Below, one piece after another: positions 12,864 to 26,400 of a stretch of DNA of 64,000 bases (its first letter is position 1; every line of letters begins with the position of its first letter). The notes beneath the pieces were generated by a model, which made no database searches, had not been told where the DNA came from, and saw nothing but the letters and a program-made list of their open reading frames with translations. Source of the DNA: Eledone cirrhosa (taxonomy: Eukaryota); NCBI GenBank assembly GCA_964016885.1, contig OZ024754.1:28210001-28274000 (forward strand), written 5' to 3'. The position numbers were made by a program, and so were the translations under genes.

Positions 12864-14284
12864 TATCTCGGTGTGACAGTTGCACGCAGAAACGATAGGA
12901 TTATTTTGTTTGTGTATTTTGAGGAGGAAGTAGATGGTGGGTGTGCGAGGGGTGCGTACAATAAGGTTGGTGGCTGGGGGGGGGGGGGGGGTGAAAGGAG
13001 GAGATGAGCTCGTGGATGGTGGAGGATACGAGTTGTTGGTAGCCAGGAGTGAGGTCGAAGGATAAAGGGCGGTAAAAAAGGGTATTGCGAAGCTGGCGGA
13101 GAGCCTCAGCCCTATAGATGTCAGCACTCCAAACCACCACAGCGCCACCTTTGTCAGCGGGTTTGATGACAATGTCATCGCGACGCCGAAGGTTGCGAAG
13201 AGCAGAGAGTTCAGTTCGCGTGATGTTAGAGCGACGAGAATGCTGGTGGAAGCGGAACCGATTCACAGTATGCCGGCAAGTATCGACAAAGGAGTCGAGG
13301 GTGCTGAACTGGCCAGAGATCAGCGTCCAATGTGATTGCCGGCGACTGAGACGAGTGAAGTCATCCGTCTGTGTCGATGATGGCGTGTCGTGAAAAAAAA
13401 GCTTTCAGCTTTAATCAACGGAAGAACCCTTCAATCTCGGCACGTGTGCGGAACTCGTCGCAGGTAGATGTGGTTGGTATAAAACGCAAACCACGGACGA
13501 GGAGGGAGCGCTCAGCTTCGGAGATTGGTAGGTCCTGGGGTATGGTGACTACAGTGCAGGGACGTGAGGGAGTGAAAGAGGTGGAGGCGGAGGGGTCAAG
13601 GTGGTTGGGCAAAGCGTGTGCAGATTCAGTGGTAGGTGACGGGATAGAGAGGTTAGGGTTGGAGGTGATATGAGTATGGGTGGTGACGGCAGGCGGGGAG
13701 CGGAGAGAGTCGAGTGTATGATTTTTTATGGAAGTGAGGAAATTGAAAAGGAGGCGATTGAGGTAAAGGAGGAATTGGATAAGGGATTGGGCGCGGAGAG
13801 GGTGGCAAGTGGAGGAGAGATGGAAGTAGGCCTTGGGGAGATCTCGGTCAAGAGAACGGAATTGGGCGACAGTTGATTGAATGGTCGCCCGCATGAGCTG
13901 GCGAGAGGAGCGGGTAAGGATGGGCTCAGTGGTGGGAGAAGAGTAAGAGATGGGGTGAAACTTGAGGCGGGGAATGAGGAGGTGGTGGTGGTGGAGACAG
14001 CGACTTAAAAATGTGATGTGACTGTTGTATCGTGTTTTGGTGAAGATGAGGTTGGAGAGATGCAGGGAGGATTGGATGCATATAGGGGATTGGATGCATA
14101 TAGGTTGGAGGAAGCGCTTGAGAGTAGAATGGAGCTGGCGGGAAAAGATGTGAGATTGGGCATATTGAATGTACAAGGGTGGGAGTGAACAATAGACGGG
14201 TGAGAAAAGAAGGTGGTGTAAGAAGATTGTAGTAGAGGAAAAGTGGCATATATATAAGTTTATCCCGGGTTCAATCGGGGGCAA
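12864..14284 (-). mobile_element. N-terminal half of a second, GC-richer Penelope-like element; degenerate
   Basis: LLVRGLRFIPT, SNITRTELSALRNLRRRDDIVIKPADKGGAVVVW (DKG motif) and YFLLKIHKQNNPIVSACNCHTEIIS. Confidence 0.85.
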
Positions 14285-14648
14285 CAGTAAGTAAGGTACT
14301 CAATACAAAGCAGAGTATAAATATTTAATATAGAAAAGGAAGCTCTGATGATTTCTCCCGAATGAAACAGTTCTAGTCTTGTAGAAGCCTTTTGCCCAAT
14401 GTAGGTCTGTTATTTTTCTTAATTTTTCTTAATTTAATATTTAAAGTTAAGGATAACAAACTATATTGCTGTAGTTAGTAATTTATCACACTAGCAAATT
14501 TTGGTCTTTACGATTCGAACACATGTATGTTTATATTAGTGTTCATCTCTCTTGTTTATTCAATTATATTGTACGGCTCGGAAAAGTTTTTTCTTAGAGC
14601 TATTTAATTGTAAGAGACTGCCCTGAGTTCTTAACTCAATATATATAT

Positions 14649-14965
14649 ATTGTTATGCTTTGGGAAGATGGCGTAGGACAGAACAAAGGAGAGGCACAAA
14701 AACAAAGAAAAGAATCCCCAGTCGCCGAAGAGGTCACAGAATGTGTGACGAAAGAACTTTGACAATATATGAACAATCGTCTGGTTGTGGAACCAATCAA
14801 CCAACCGGAAATTTATAAATTCTTAAATTTAATTTATAATAAATTGAAGTGAAAGCAACTGGTGCGTGTGTTTCTTATTGGCAACATGACCCTCCCAAAG
14901 CATAACAATATCGGTTTCAACACACGTTTTCAGATAAAGAATCTTGCTAAACAAATTCAGAAACG

Positions 14966-14968
<3 letters not shown>
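14649..14968 (+). mobile_element. Solo PLE pseudo-LTR with tail, short 5' inverted piece and mutated hammerhead (14720-14764)
   Basis: Homologous to 57957-58537; hammerhead core reads CCGAAGA instead of CTGAAGA; flanked by (TA)n. Confidence 0.8.
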
Positions 14969-15016
<48 letters not shown>

Positions 15017-15160
15017 CAACAGTGATATAAGTTTTGTTGGGTTCTGGGCCCCAATTTCTTCAGCCTGTCATGAGAAAAATAAAAAATAAAATATATATCG
15101 TTATACTTTGGAAATAAAAAATAAAATATATATCGTTATACTTCAGAAACAAAATATATA

Positions 15161-15829
15161 TCTATATATATAAAAGCAAGTCGGTCTGTGTGTGTCTGTC
15201 TGTGTACAAATACTAGGCTCCTTTTAACTTTTGTAGTACTAGGCCGATTTCAACCAAATTTGGCACACGTATTGCTTATATGCCAGAGCAGGTTTTGGAC
15301 AAATTTGAAACAAATCGATATTGGGGCCGAAAAATCGATTTTGTGTGTGTATCTTCTGTCTGTGTACAAATACTAGGCTCCTTTTAACTTTTGAAGCACT
15401 AGGCCGATTTGGCACGTGCTATTGAGGCGACCTCTCATTGGCTAGCCAATTAGCTGACATAAGCTGACATGCACTCAGAAATTACTAGCTAAACCATAAA
15501 CAACCTTGAACAATTCGCCCGATTGAAAGTCGCGATTTCTAATTGGTCTACGCAACTAACATTAGTCAATATGACTGAACATATACCGTGCATATTCCTG
15601 TGAGAAATACGTTTGATAGCACGACGTTACTCACGTCAATTAACTCAAGCTACCCCATGAATTGTTTTTTATGTTGCCGTTTATTTCACTCAATCATGTC
15701 ACTGTACACCCATTTTGTTAAACTTTTTTTTACAATTACATTTCAATTCTTTGCTCAACCTTTGGCTCTCTTTATACGGACAAACAGGCTGTCATTCATT
15801 TCCCGAGCAACGCCGGGTACATCTGCTAG
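15161..15829 (+). mobile_element. Non-autonomous Helitron
   Basis: a|TCTATATATATAAAA start, subterminal hairpin cccgagcaacgccggg, CTAG|t end, A|T target; internal ~70-bp direct repeat. Confidence 0.85.
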
Positions 15830-16119
15830 TATATTATATATATGTGTATATATAAAAAGAGAGAGAGAGAGAGAGAGAGCATATTTGAGGGCACAGGCCT
15901 GTCAAGCTCTAAAAACCTAAACGTGGAGTACAATGAAAGAAAGTGGCCCCAAAACGGGGACAAATAAGGGAAAACGGGGAGATTTTACATAACGAAAGCT
16001 ATATCCATTTTCACAAGAGAAGAGATCTCTTACACACCGCGAAGTGGGTGGGAGATCTCTCCGTCGGCCGGGGAGAGTTGACATGTATGGGGTATGTATG
16101 TGTGCGTCTGTGTTTGTGA

Positions 16120-16850
16120 GTGAAAAAGAGAGAGAGGTGTGTGTGTGTGAGTGAGAGAGGTGAGAGAGAGAGAGAGAGCTGAGTGTGTGAGAGAGAGAGA
16201 GAGGTTTGTATGAGAGTGAGAGAGAGAGGTGAGAGAGAGCGAGAGAGTGAAAGAGAGAGAGCTGTGTGTATGGGAGAGAGGTGTGTGTGTGTGAGAGAGG
16301 TGAGCGAGAGAGTGAGAGAGCTGTGTGTGTGTGAGAGAGAGAGGTGAGAGAGAGAGCGAGAGAGTGAGAGAGAAGGCGAGAGAGTGAGCTGTGTGTGAGA
16401 GAGAGAGAGGTGAGAGAGAGAGCGAGAGAGTGAGAGAGAGAGAGCTGTGTGTGAGAGAGAGAGCTGTGTGTGAGCGAGAGAGTGAGAGAGAGAGCTGTGT
16501 GTGAGAGAGAGAGGTGAGAGAGAGAGTGAGAGAGAGCTGTGTGTGAGAGAGAGAGCTGTGTGTGAGCGAGAGAGTGAGAGAGAGAGCTGTGTGTGAGAGA
16601 GAGAGGAGAGAGAGAGAGCGAGAGAGAGAGCTGTGTGTGAGAGAGAGAGGAGAGAGAGAGAGAGAGCTGTGTGTGAGAGAGAGAGCTGTGTGTGAGCGAG
16701 AGAGTGAGAGAGAGCTGTGTGTGAGAGAGAGGAGAGAGAGAGAGCGAGAGAGTGAGAGAGAGAGCTGTGTGTGAGAGAGAGAGAGCTGTGTGTGAGAGAG
16801 AGAGGAGAGAGAGTGAGAGCTGTGTGTAAGAGAGAGAGGTGTGTGTGTTT
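16120..16850. repeat. (GA)/(GT) compound microsatellite
   Basis: Direct reading. Confidence 0.95.
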
Positions 16851-16919
16851 GTGAGTATGAACAGGTTTTTATATTTGACATGGTTTCACATCTGTTTTTG
16901 GATAGTGATGAGGGGGGCG

Positions 16920-18825
16920 GGCTGCTGCTGCTGTGGTATGTTGCTGGTGTGATGGTGGTGGTAGGGTGGTGGTGGTGGTGGTGTTGGTGATGTGATGATG
17001 GTGGTGTTACGGTGGTGGTGATGGTGGTGATGGCGGCTGTGTTGGTGATGTGATGATGGTGGTGGTAGGGTGGTGGTGGTGGTAGTGGTGGTGTTGGTGG
17101 TGATGTGATGATGGTGGTGGTAGGGTGGTGGTGGTGGTAGTGGTGGTGTTGGTGGTGATGTGATGATGGTGGTGGTAGGGTGGTGGTGGTGGTTGTGGTG
17201 GTGTTGGTGGTGGTGTTGGTGATGTGATGATGGTGGTGGTAGGGTGGTGGTGGTGGTAGTGGTGGTGTTGGTGGTGATGTGATGATGGTGGTGGTAGGGT
17301 GGTGGTGGTGGTTGTGGTGATGTTGGTGGTGGTGTTGGTGATGTGATGATGGTGGTGGTAGGGTGGTGGTGGTGGTAGTGGTGGTGTTGGTGGTGATGTG
17401 ATGATGGTGGTGGTAGGGTGGTGGTGGTGGTAGTGGTGGTGTTGGTGGTGGTGTTGGTGATGTGATGATGGTGGTGGTAGGGTGGTGGTAGTGGTAGTGG
17501 TGGTGTTGGTGGTGATGTGATGATGGTGGTGGTAGGGTGGTGGTGGTGGTAGTGGTGGTGTTGGTGGTGATGTGATGATGGTGGTGGTAGGGTGGTGGTG
17601 GTGGTTGTGGTGGTGTTGGTGGTGGTGTTGGTGATGTGATGATGGTGGTGGTAGGGTGGTGGTGATGGTAGTGGTGGTGTTGGTGGTGATGTGATGATGG
17701 TGGTGGTAGGGTGGTGGTGGTGGTAGTGGTGGTGTTGGTGGTGATGTGATGATGGTGGTGGTAGGGTGGTGGTGGTGGTTGTGGTGGTGTTGGTGGTGGT
17801 GTTGGTGATGTGATGATGGTGGTGGTGGTGGTGGTGGTGGTGGCGGTTGTGTTTGTGATGAGATGATGGTGGTGGTGGCGGCGTTTGTGTAGGTGATGAG
17901 ATGATGGTGGTGGCGGTTGTGTTGGTGATGAGATGATGGTGGTGGCGGTTGTGTTGGTGATGAGATGATGGTGGAGGTGGTGGTGGCGGCTGTGTTACTG
18001 ATGTGATGATGGTGGTGGTGGTGGTGGCGGTTGTGTTGGTGATGAGATGATGGTGGTGGTGGTGGCGGCAGCTTTGTTGGTGATGAGATGATGGTGGTGG
18101 TGGTGGTGGCAGCTTTGTTGGTGATGAGATGATGGTGGTGGTGGTGGTGGCGGTTGTGTTGGTGATGAGATGATGGTGGTGGTGGCGGTTGTGTTGGTGA
18201 TGAGATGATGGTGGTGGTAGCGGTTGTGTTGGTGATGAGATGATGGTGGTGGTGGTGGCGGCTGTGTTGGTGATGAGATGATGGTGGTGGTGGCGGCTGT
18301 GTTGGTGATGAGATGATGGTGGTGGTGGTGGTGGCGGCTGTGTTGGTGATGATAGTGATGGGGATGGTGGCGTGATGATGGTGGTGGTGGTGGCGAATGC
18401 AATAATGTTGGTTCTTGTTGTTGCTGATGGTGGTGGTGGTGCTGGTTGTGATGGTGGTGTTGGTGGTGGTGGTGGTGGGTGCTGGTTGTGGTGGTGGTGG
18501 GTGCTGGTTGTGATGATGGTGGTGGTGGTGGTGATGATGGTGGTGGTGGTGGTGCTGGGTGCTGGTTGTGGTGGTGGTGGTGTTGGTGGTGGTGGGTGCT
18601 GGTTGTGATGGTGGTGGTGGTGATGATGGTTGTGGTGGTGGTGCTGGTGGTGGTCGGTGCTGGTTGTGGTGGTGGTGGTGTTGGTGGTGGTGGTGGTGGG
18701 TGCTGGTTGTGATGATGGTGGTGGTGGTGTTGGTGGTGTTGGTGGTGGTGTTGTTGGTGGTGTTTGTGGTGTTGCTGTTGTGGTGTTGTTGGTGGTGTTG
18801 GTGTTGCTGCTGTGGTGGTGGTGAA
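16920..18825. repeat. (GGT)n-derived complex minisatellite
   Basis: Recurrent gatgtgatgatggtggtggtagggtgg units. Confidence 0.95.
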
Positions 18826-19184
18826 GAAGACAGAAATGTAAAGATGAAATTGTAACAGGAACTAAATCAAAACCATCCATTGAATTACTGCAGGATGTGT
18901 GCTAATTGTTCAGTTTTTATTGTGAACAGACAACCTCAAAAGCATCATAGCAAATGTCAGACACATTTGGAAAGGGATGCAGGAATGCGACATTAATTTA
19001 TATCGTCTGGTTGGCTACCATATTAGAAATGATCTTGATGGTGTCTTTAAACCCTTTGTTACCATATTTCTAATGAAATAAACAATCAAAACCATAAAAT
19101 TTATATTTGAAGGATGAAAGGCAAAGGTGACCTCGACAGGATTTGAACTCAGAACACAAAGGTCTGTGATTAAATATCTCAGGA

Positions 19185-19710
19185 TGTGCTGAATTCAAAT
19201 CCCGCCAAGGTTAACTTTGCCTTTCAACCTTATGGGGATCGATAAAATAAAGTACCAGTCACACACTGGAGTCGATTTAATTGACTTTCCCCCTCCCCCC
19301 AAATTGCTGCCCTTGTGCCTATATACGAGATTGGCAGTATCGGTTGAGAGTCGGACGCCATGCTTTGCAGTATAGATTACGGCCCTTCATGATCTGAGTT
19401 CAAATCCCGCTGAGGTTAATTTTGCCTTTTCATCCTTACGGGGTCGATAAAATAAAGTACCAGTAATGCACTGGGATAATTGCTGGCCTTGTGCTAAAAT
19501 TAGAAACAATTATTATAAGAGCCAGTGGATTGGCAGTATCGGTAGAGGGATGACGCCATGCTTTGTAGCATAGAATTACGCCCCTTTACGTTCTGAGTTC
19601 AAATCATGCCGAAGTTTACTTTGCCTTTCATCTTTACGTGGTCGAGAAAATAAAGTACCAGTAATGCACTGGGGTAATTGCTGGCCTTGTGCCAAAAGTA
19701 GAAACAATTA
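19185..19710 (+). mobile_element. Three tandem tRNA-derived Nin-domain SINE copies
   Basis: A box tggcagtatcgg, B box gagttcaaatcc, core gcctttcatcct..ggggtcgataaaataaagtaccag. Confidence 0.8.
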
Positions 19711-19981
19711 AATATCTCAGGTCATTATATTTTACACTTTACTGAATCTGTTAATCCATCGCACTTTTGAAAAAAGAAAAACAAAATTTTATAGCTCACA
19801 TCTATTCAGGTTTAGTTGGCTACCTACCAGATTGCAAGTCATAGGAGATTTTTTGGAATGTTTTAATGATAGGGGCTCCTACGAGGTTGCAAGTCATGAG
19901 AGGTTTTTATGTGGGTTTTTTAATACAAGGTTGCATGTCATAGGTTTTTTTTTGTGATTTAACGATAGGAGTTCCAGTCCT

Positions 19982-20240
19982 ATCATTATCATCATTACTG
20001 TTTAACATCCATTTTTCCATGCTAGCAAGGATTTGATGAGTTGTCCCATTGTGAGACAAGCCAGATGAGGTGACCATGTCTTGCTCATACAGAACTGATT
20101 TGGGCTTGGTTTCTACGGCTGTATGCCCTTCCTAACGGCAACCAACTTACAGTGTGGACTGGGTGCTTTTTGTCGTGACACCTACACATCCACTTTACAG
20201 AGTGGACTGGGTACTTTTTGCCGTGACACCTACACGACCA
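19982..20240 (-). mobile_element. RTE 3'UTR fragment, or a SINE sharing that tail
   Basis: Homologous to 41461-41710 and to the reverse complement of 49600-49868 (atgcccttcctaac, (CAT)n end). Confidence 0.75.
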
Positions 20241-20293
20241 TTTTACATAGGAATAAAAACACACAAAAACAAATAATGACCAAATAAGAAATA

Positions 20294-20299
20294 TTTATT
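20294..20299 (-). terminator. Candidate PQBP1 polyadenylation signal AATAAA
   Basis: About 55 nt after the stop codon, followed by T/GT-rich sequence. Confidence 0.45.
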
Positions 20300-20353
20300 A
20301 TTATTCTAAAATGTACAAATGAAGAACCTGTAAGTATTTTTTGCCCACTCTCC

Positions 20354-20498
20354 TCAGTCTTCCACTAATTGCCGATTCATACGAAGTACATCACCAGGTG
20401 CTGGGTAAGGACGTTGTTGGTACAAAGGACCAGAAGCCGTAACATCAGCACCAGTCTTGGCTTCACCCCTTTTATCCAGGCCAGTAGACCAAGTACCC
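20354..20498 (-). CDS. PQBP1: PQBP1 last coding exon (YxxPxxVL motif)
   Basis: ttaaag|G; [47 protein letters not shown]. Confidence 0.93.
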
Positions 20499-23400
20499 CT
20501 TTAAGAAAATAAAAGAATAACAGAAAACACATTAATAATACACTTCAGCTAAAAAAATATTTAACCCTTTAACATTTAAACCAGCCATATCCTGCCAGAA
20601 TTTTCTCAACTCTTTCTGTTTAAACTGGCTGCAACCAGCCACTCCTACTGATGTTAAGGTATTGTTCTCAAAATAAATAACATCAAAATCTCATAGATTC
20701 AATATTATGAGAGATATCATCATCATTTCACGTCTGCTTTTCCCTGCTTGCAAGGGTGGGACGGGTCTTATTCAGCACAGCATCTCTCCACTTGTCACGG
20801 TCCTTCGTCATCTCCACCATGAGCTTCAGCGATATGAGGTCTGTTCTCACCACCTCCGCCCATGTTTTTCGTGGTCTACCTCTACCACGTCTTCCTTCAA
20901 CTGGCATTTCCTGGCACTTTTTCACCCATCGGTTATCCTCCATGCGCATCACATGTCCATACCACCTCAGTCTCCTCTCTCACACACTACATTCTATCCC
21001 TCTCAGACACAGTTTCTCTCTCAACACATTTATGCTGGGTCGTTCACGCACATTGACATTGCACATCCAATTATGTAAGATAAAGCCTTGACCATGAAAA
21101 TATAATAGTAAATATAGAGGAACGCAAATGCTAAAGGGTCAAAAAACTATTTTTTTAAATTTTTCTTTAGAAAAGGTAAGGTTTGCAAAATAAGAAAAAT
21201 GTCTGTCCCAAGCCCAGAAGTTCATCAGTTCAGTGCTTATTATGGATTTTATGGTGTTAAATCTGTCACAGTATTAACGTTCGGCTACTAAGGTTGTTGA
21301 ACTTACAATCATAATGTCGTGGGTTCGATTCCTGAACTGGATTGTGTGTTGTATTTTTAAGCAAAACACTTCATTTCATGTTGCTTCAGTATACTCAATG
21401 AGTACCAGCAATAGCTGGGGGGGGGGGGGGGGGGGGGGGTTAACCCTGCAATGGACTGGCATCCTGTCCAAGGGCAAGTCTTGTACTCTCAATCACTTAA
21501 CCCCATGGAAACCAGGATAAGCTCCGGCTTGATGAGCCTTTAGGCTCAAGACAGACTTTAGACATTTTTTTTAGACTGTTGGTTCTCATTTTTTCCAGCT
21601 GAGTGGACTGGTGCAACGTAAAATGGACAATTGTATTACAAAGTTGTCATAAGACAGATAATGAAACCAAAGTGGCCAATCACTAACCGTGGAGCATTGG
21701 AATATGCTGCTGGATCCATAGGGTCAAGGGTGGCTGGAGCACGAGCTGTGGAAGATATTAAAAAGAAAATAAGAACAGTACTAACAATACTAATGATTTA
21801 TACTTTAGGCACAAGGCAAGTAAATGTAGAGAGGTGGAGAATCTCCCTCACCATCCTCCAGGTAAACACCCTCTCCTTTCTGTCAACTGGGGCCACAGAG
21901 TGGCCAGCGCATGGGAACCCCATTTGTTCATAATACTGAGAGATGGGGAGAGCATGAGTGACGGAGGCAGTGACAGTGGGAGTTTGGTTCTTTTGTGTTC
22001 AGACCTGGTGTATATGTAAATGTTTCAGAGACACATGTAGACAATTTTAGCAGTAAAAGGGAACCAATTTCATATATATATTATATACTATATACAATAA
22101 TATATATATTATATATACTGCAGTATTGTCTGGTACTTTATTTTATTGACCCCGAAGAAGTGAAAGGCAAAGTTGACCCCATCAGAATTTGAATGTAAAG
22201 AGTTGGAACAAATACTGTTATGTATCTAAACCCATGCTAGCATAGAAGATAGACGTTAAACATTGATGATGATTTGTTTAAACACTAACAACTCTGCCAA
22301 TAAAGCACCCTTATTACTTCTAATTGAGGCGGTAGATTGGCAGTAATCAGCAGCGCATCGGATAACATGCTTTGTGGCATAGAGTTACGTCCCTTCATGT
22401 TCAGAGTTCAAATCCCGCCAAGGTTAGCCTTCCCTTTCATTCTTATGGGTTGATAAAATAAAGTACCAGTAACGCACAGAGGTCGATTTGATCGACTTCC
22501 CCCTCCCCCAAAAGTTGTTGGCCTTGTGCCTAAATCAGAAACCATTATTTTTAATCGAGGCACAAAGCCAATAATTTGTAGGGAGAGAAAAGTCAATTAC
22601 ATTGACCCAGTTTTCAGGATTTTCCATTCAGTACCTGTAACAACAACAAAAACAACAATTTGGGAAAAGTCTCACATCTGGAATTTTTCTTGTTGTTCTT
22701 CTCCACTTTGAGTTTTTGCTCCTCTTCAGAAGAATCCTCATCCAGTTCAGATCCACTCAGATCATCTTCCTCCTAAAAATAAAGAAAAATACAAACTCAA
22801 AGAAATATATATACCTTTTTCCTATTTTCTTTCTTTTCTTATTCTCTCTCATCCCCTCTCTCTCATTCTATCTTCTAAAGAAGGACCAGCATCCGAAACA
22901 TTAACACTCTTTTCCAACTGTATCAAGCATTACGTTTATATATCATCACTGCATTGTATTGTTCCCCTATGTTATTTTTCCTGGTTGACTTTTCTTATAT
23001 AATGGTTTCTGATTTAGGCACAAGGCCAGCAATTTGAAGGGAACGGGAAATTGATTAAATAAACCTCCAGTGCATTACTGGTACCTTATTTTATTTATCA
23101 AACCTGTAAAGATGACAGGCAAAGCTAACTTCAACTGGATTTGAACTCAACGTAAAGGGACGCAACTCTATACTGTGAAACTTTGTTCGACACTCTACTG
23201 ATACTGTCAATCCACAGCCCTTTTCTTATATAATAATCTAATACATAATGATTAGAGAACTGTGAGACTGTCCAGTTTATTTTTTACATCCCGTTATTAA
23301 AATAAGTTGGATTACTTTGAATAAATCATGATTGAATATTATGTAATTTATCTACTAAATTTCTTGGCTCTTGATTAAACATAAATATAATATTCTTATA

Positions 23401-26400
23401 TATAATGTATTGTTTATTCCAAGATTCACTTCTGTTAACATTTTCAAATGTCAACTCCCATTAGTATTTGTTATATCACAACTTAGTGTGTATACTTGAA
23501 TATAAGCCGAGGAATATGAGATCAAAAATCATAGTAAAATGGTAGGGGGGGGGGGGGGGCTTACATACGCTATCTAAACAATGTCTTGATTAGCTGCCTC
23601 AGTTTATAAATGGGGTTTAGATTTTGCCCATTTCTCAGACATAAAATAGGGAGTCTGTTTATATTCAGATCGCTTTATATTTGAGTATATACGATAATAA
23701 TATATTTGACATGGATAATTACTGGTACTTACAACATCACTGTCATTACCCATTCCATCTGAATCAATTCCTGATTTAGGTGGGACAGTTTTGTCAGCTT
23801 CTGAAAAATGGAAGAAAAATCAATTTACAAACATTCTTTTAAAAGCAAATTATCACAACACTGATAGCAAACATTACAATGATAGCTGGAATTCACCAGG
23901 ACTGGGTTCAACAATAACAATAGCAAACAATAGAACCATGGCTGGAACTTCACCAAGACTGACATGAGGTTAAACAACAATAACAAACATTACAATCATG
24001 GCTGGAACTTCACTGATCATAGGTCTGCTCCACCAGGACTGACCTGAGGTTAAACAACAATAACAAACATTACAATCATGGCTGGAACTTCACTGATCAT
24101 AGGTCTGCTCCACCAGGACTGACCTGAGGTTAAACAGCAATAACAATTACAGTAACACAAGCAGAAAAAAAAGAGATGGTCATTCAAGGAATTCCGTTGA
24201 TCCAATATCAGCCTGAATTAAACTGACCTAGGGCTAAACAAAAATACCACCACCACCACCACCAAGAACAACAACAACAAACAGCACAATCATAACAGGA
24301 AGAGATAGTCATGGTTGCAATGCTTTTGATCATTGGTCTGGTCTATCAAGACTGACCTAAGGTTAAATAACAAGCAACATAATGATAATTATCATTAGCC
24401 ACCATTTGAATGTCATTGATCATAGGTCTGGTCTATGAGGATTGACATAGGGTTAAATAACAGCAAGCAACATAATAAATGGAAGTGGTGGCAATGGCTG
24501 GAATGCTGTTGATCATAGGTCTGGTCTATCACAACTGACTTAGGGTTAAAGTACAATAACAAACAACCAAATTAGAATATGAAGAGAAGGTCATGGCTTG
24601 AATGCTTTTGATCATAAGCATCCTTCGTTATGGCTGACCTAGTGTTAAAAATAACGATTTAAAAAAAAGAGAAGACATTTCCATACCCAATTCTTTAGTG
24701 GCAAGTGTAACTATTCTAGCCTTGGGATGTAAGGGAGACAACCATGATACCTGATCTGTTACAACATTCCAATAGTAATAGCGGTTGCTGAAAAAACAAC
24801 AAAAAAAAACATCATAAATACGAAGATAAAAACAAAAATAAGACAATCTATATTATAGTAAATGTACGGCGTTTGTCCGTCTGTCACACATACGCTACGT
24901 CCCTGTAAAAGTTACAAATGTTTTATTCACAATTCATAGAAATAATTTGAAAACTTGAACACAAGGAATAGCTGTTAACACAGCCAAATGCCATCAATGA
25001 CGGCATGTAAGTCGGGTAAAAATACCTCCAAGGACAGAAATCAGTGGCCTGTGGTCGGTAAAGAGAAAAGTAAAGTTGTGAGATGGGTGACAGGCAGATG
25101 AAATATAGAAAAGATTGAAAGGAGAAGAAGTGTGTTAGCACATAGATGTGATGAGAAGAAAGGAAGACAAAAGGAGATTAAGGTTATAACGTGTCAGACA
25201 AATGGGAATTAAGTGTACAATGTGGGACAAAAGTGTCAGACAAATGGGGATTAGGGTTACAATAAGTATCTGACAAATGGGGATTAGGGTTACTATAAGT
25301 ATCCAACAAATGGAGATTAGGGTTACAATATGTATCAGATAAATGGGGATTGGGGTTACAATATGTATCAGACAAAAGTGTCAGACAAATGGGGATTAGG
25401 GTTATGATAAGTATCAGACAAATGGGGATTAGAGTTACAATAAGTATCAGACAAATGGGAATTAAGGTCACAATAAGAGTCGAGATTAACCCTTTAGCAT
25501 TTACATTACTTTACATTTACTATTATATTTTCATGGTAAAGGCTTTATTTTACATAATTATCTCACATACTATCATATCTATGATATTTTGATATTATTT
25601 ATTTTGAGGGCGGTGGATTGGCAGTATCGGTAGAGGGTTGAACGCCATGCTTTCTAGCATAGTTACGTCCCTTTACGGTCTGAGTTCAAATCCCGTCGAG
25701 GTTAACTTTGCCTTTCATCCTTACGGGGTCGATAAAATAAAGTACCAGTAATATACTGGGATAATTGCTGGCCTGGTGCCAAAAGTAGAAACAATTATTT
25801 ATTTTGAGAATAATATCTTAACATCGGTATGAGTGGCCAGATATGGCCAGTTTGACCAGAAAGAGGTGAGAGAATTCTGGCTGAATATGGCCAGTTTAAA
25901 TGCTAAAGGGTTAAAGTTATGAAGGATTCAAAAATCACACATGCCTCTAACCTCTTCAGCTCTCCAAAAGAGAAAAATGAGGGAGGTCAGGTCAAATGTA
26001 AATGATCTGAAATGCTTTCATTCATATCAAACATCAGTGTTTTGTCTCTGTTTCTAAGACAGGCAGTGATGCAAGTGGGACAAGGGGAACAAGCTACAGG
26101 CTCTTTGCCAAGGAAAGGAGTAGTCCAACAACAGGAGAGGGAGAGGATGAGTAAGCAAGAGAAGAAGGGTTGGACAAGGAAATGGGTAACCAAGAATGTG
26201 AATTCTGTAAAGACTAAGACAGCAGTGTAAAATAATAAATAAGACATATTTGGCTTCATAAGAGAACCCAGTGTTGTCGACCCAAAGACCCAGTTTTCAG
26301 CAATGTGATGGTGCTAAGAAATAAATAATACATACGTGGTATTATCTGGAACTTCTTGCCATCCTTCTGGTAGAGGATATTTAATTAGCATCCGTAAGCG

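Noticed and set aside
14341-14385. Hammerhead-like CTGATGA...GAAAC
   Set aside because: Weak stem II and no stem I pairing; at best a decayed remnant
25190-25480. TTAGGG motifs as interstitial telomere
   Set aside because: At most one hexamer per 33-bp unit, not tandem
25609-25700. tRNA genes
   Set aside because: The A/B boxes belong to SINE heads; no cloverleaf
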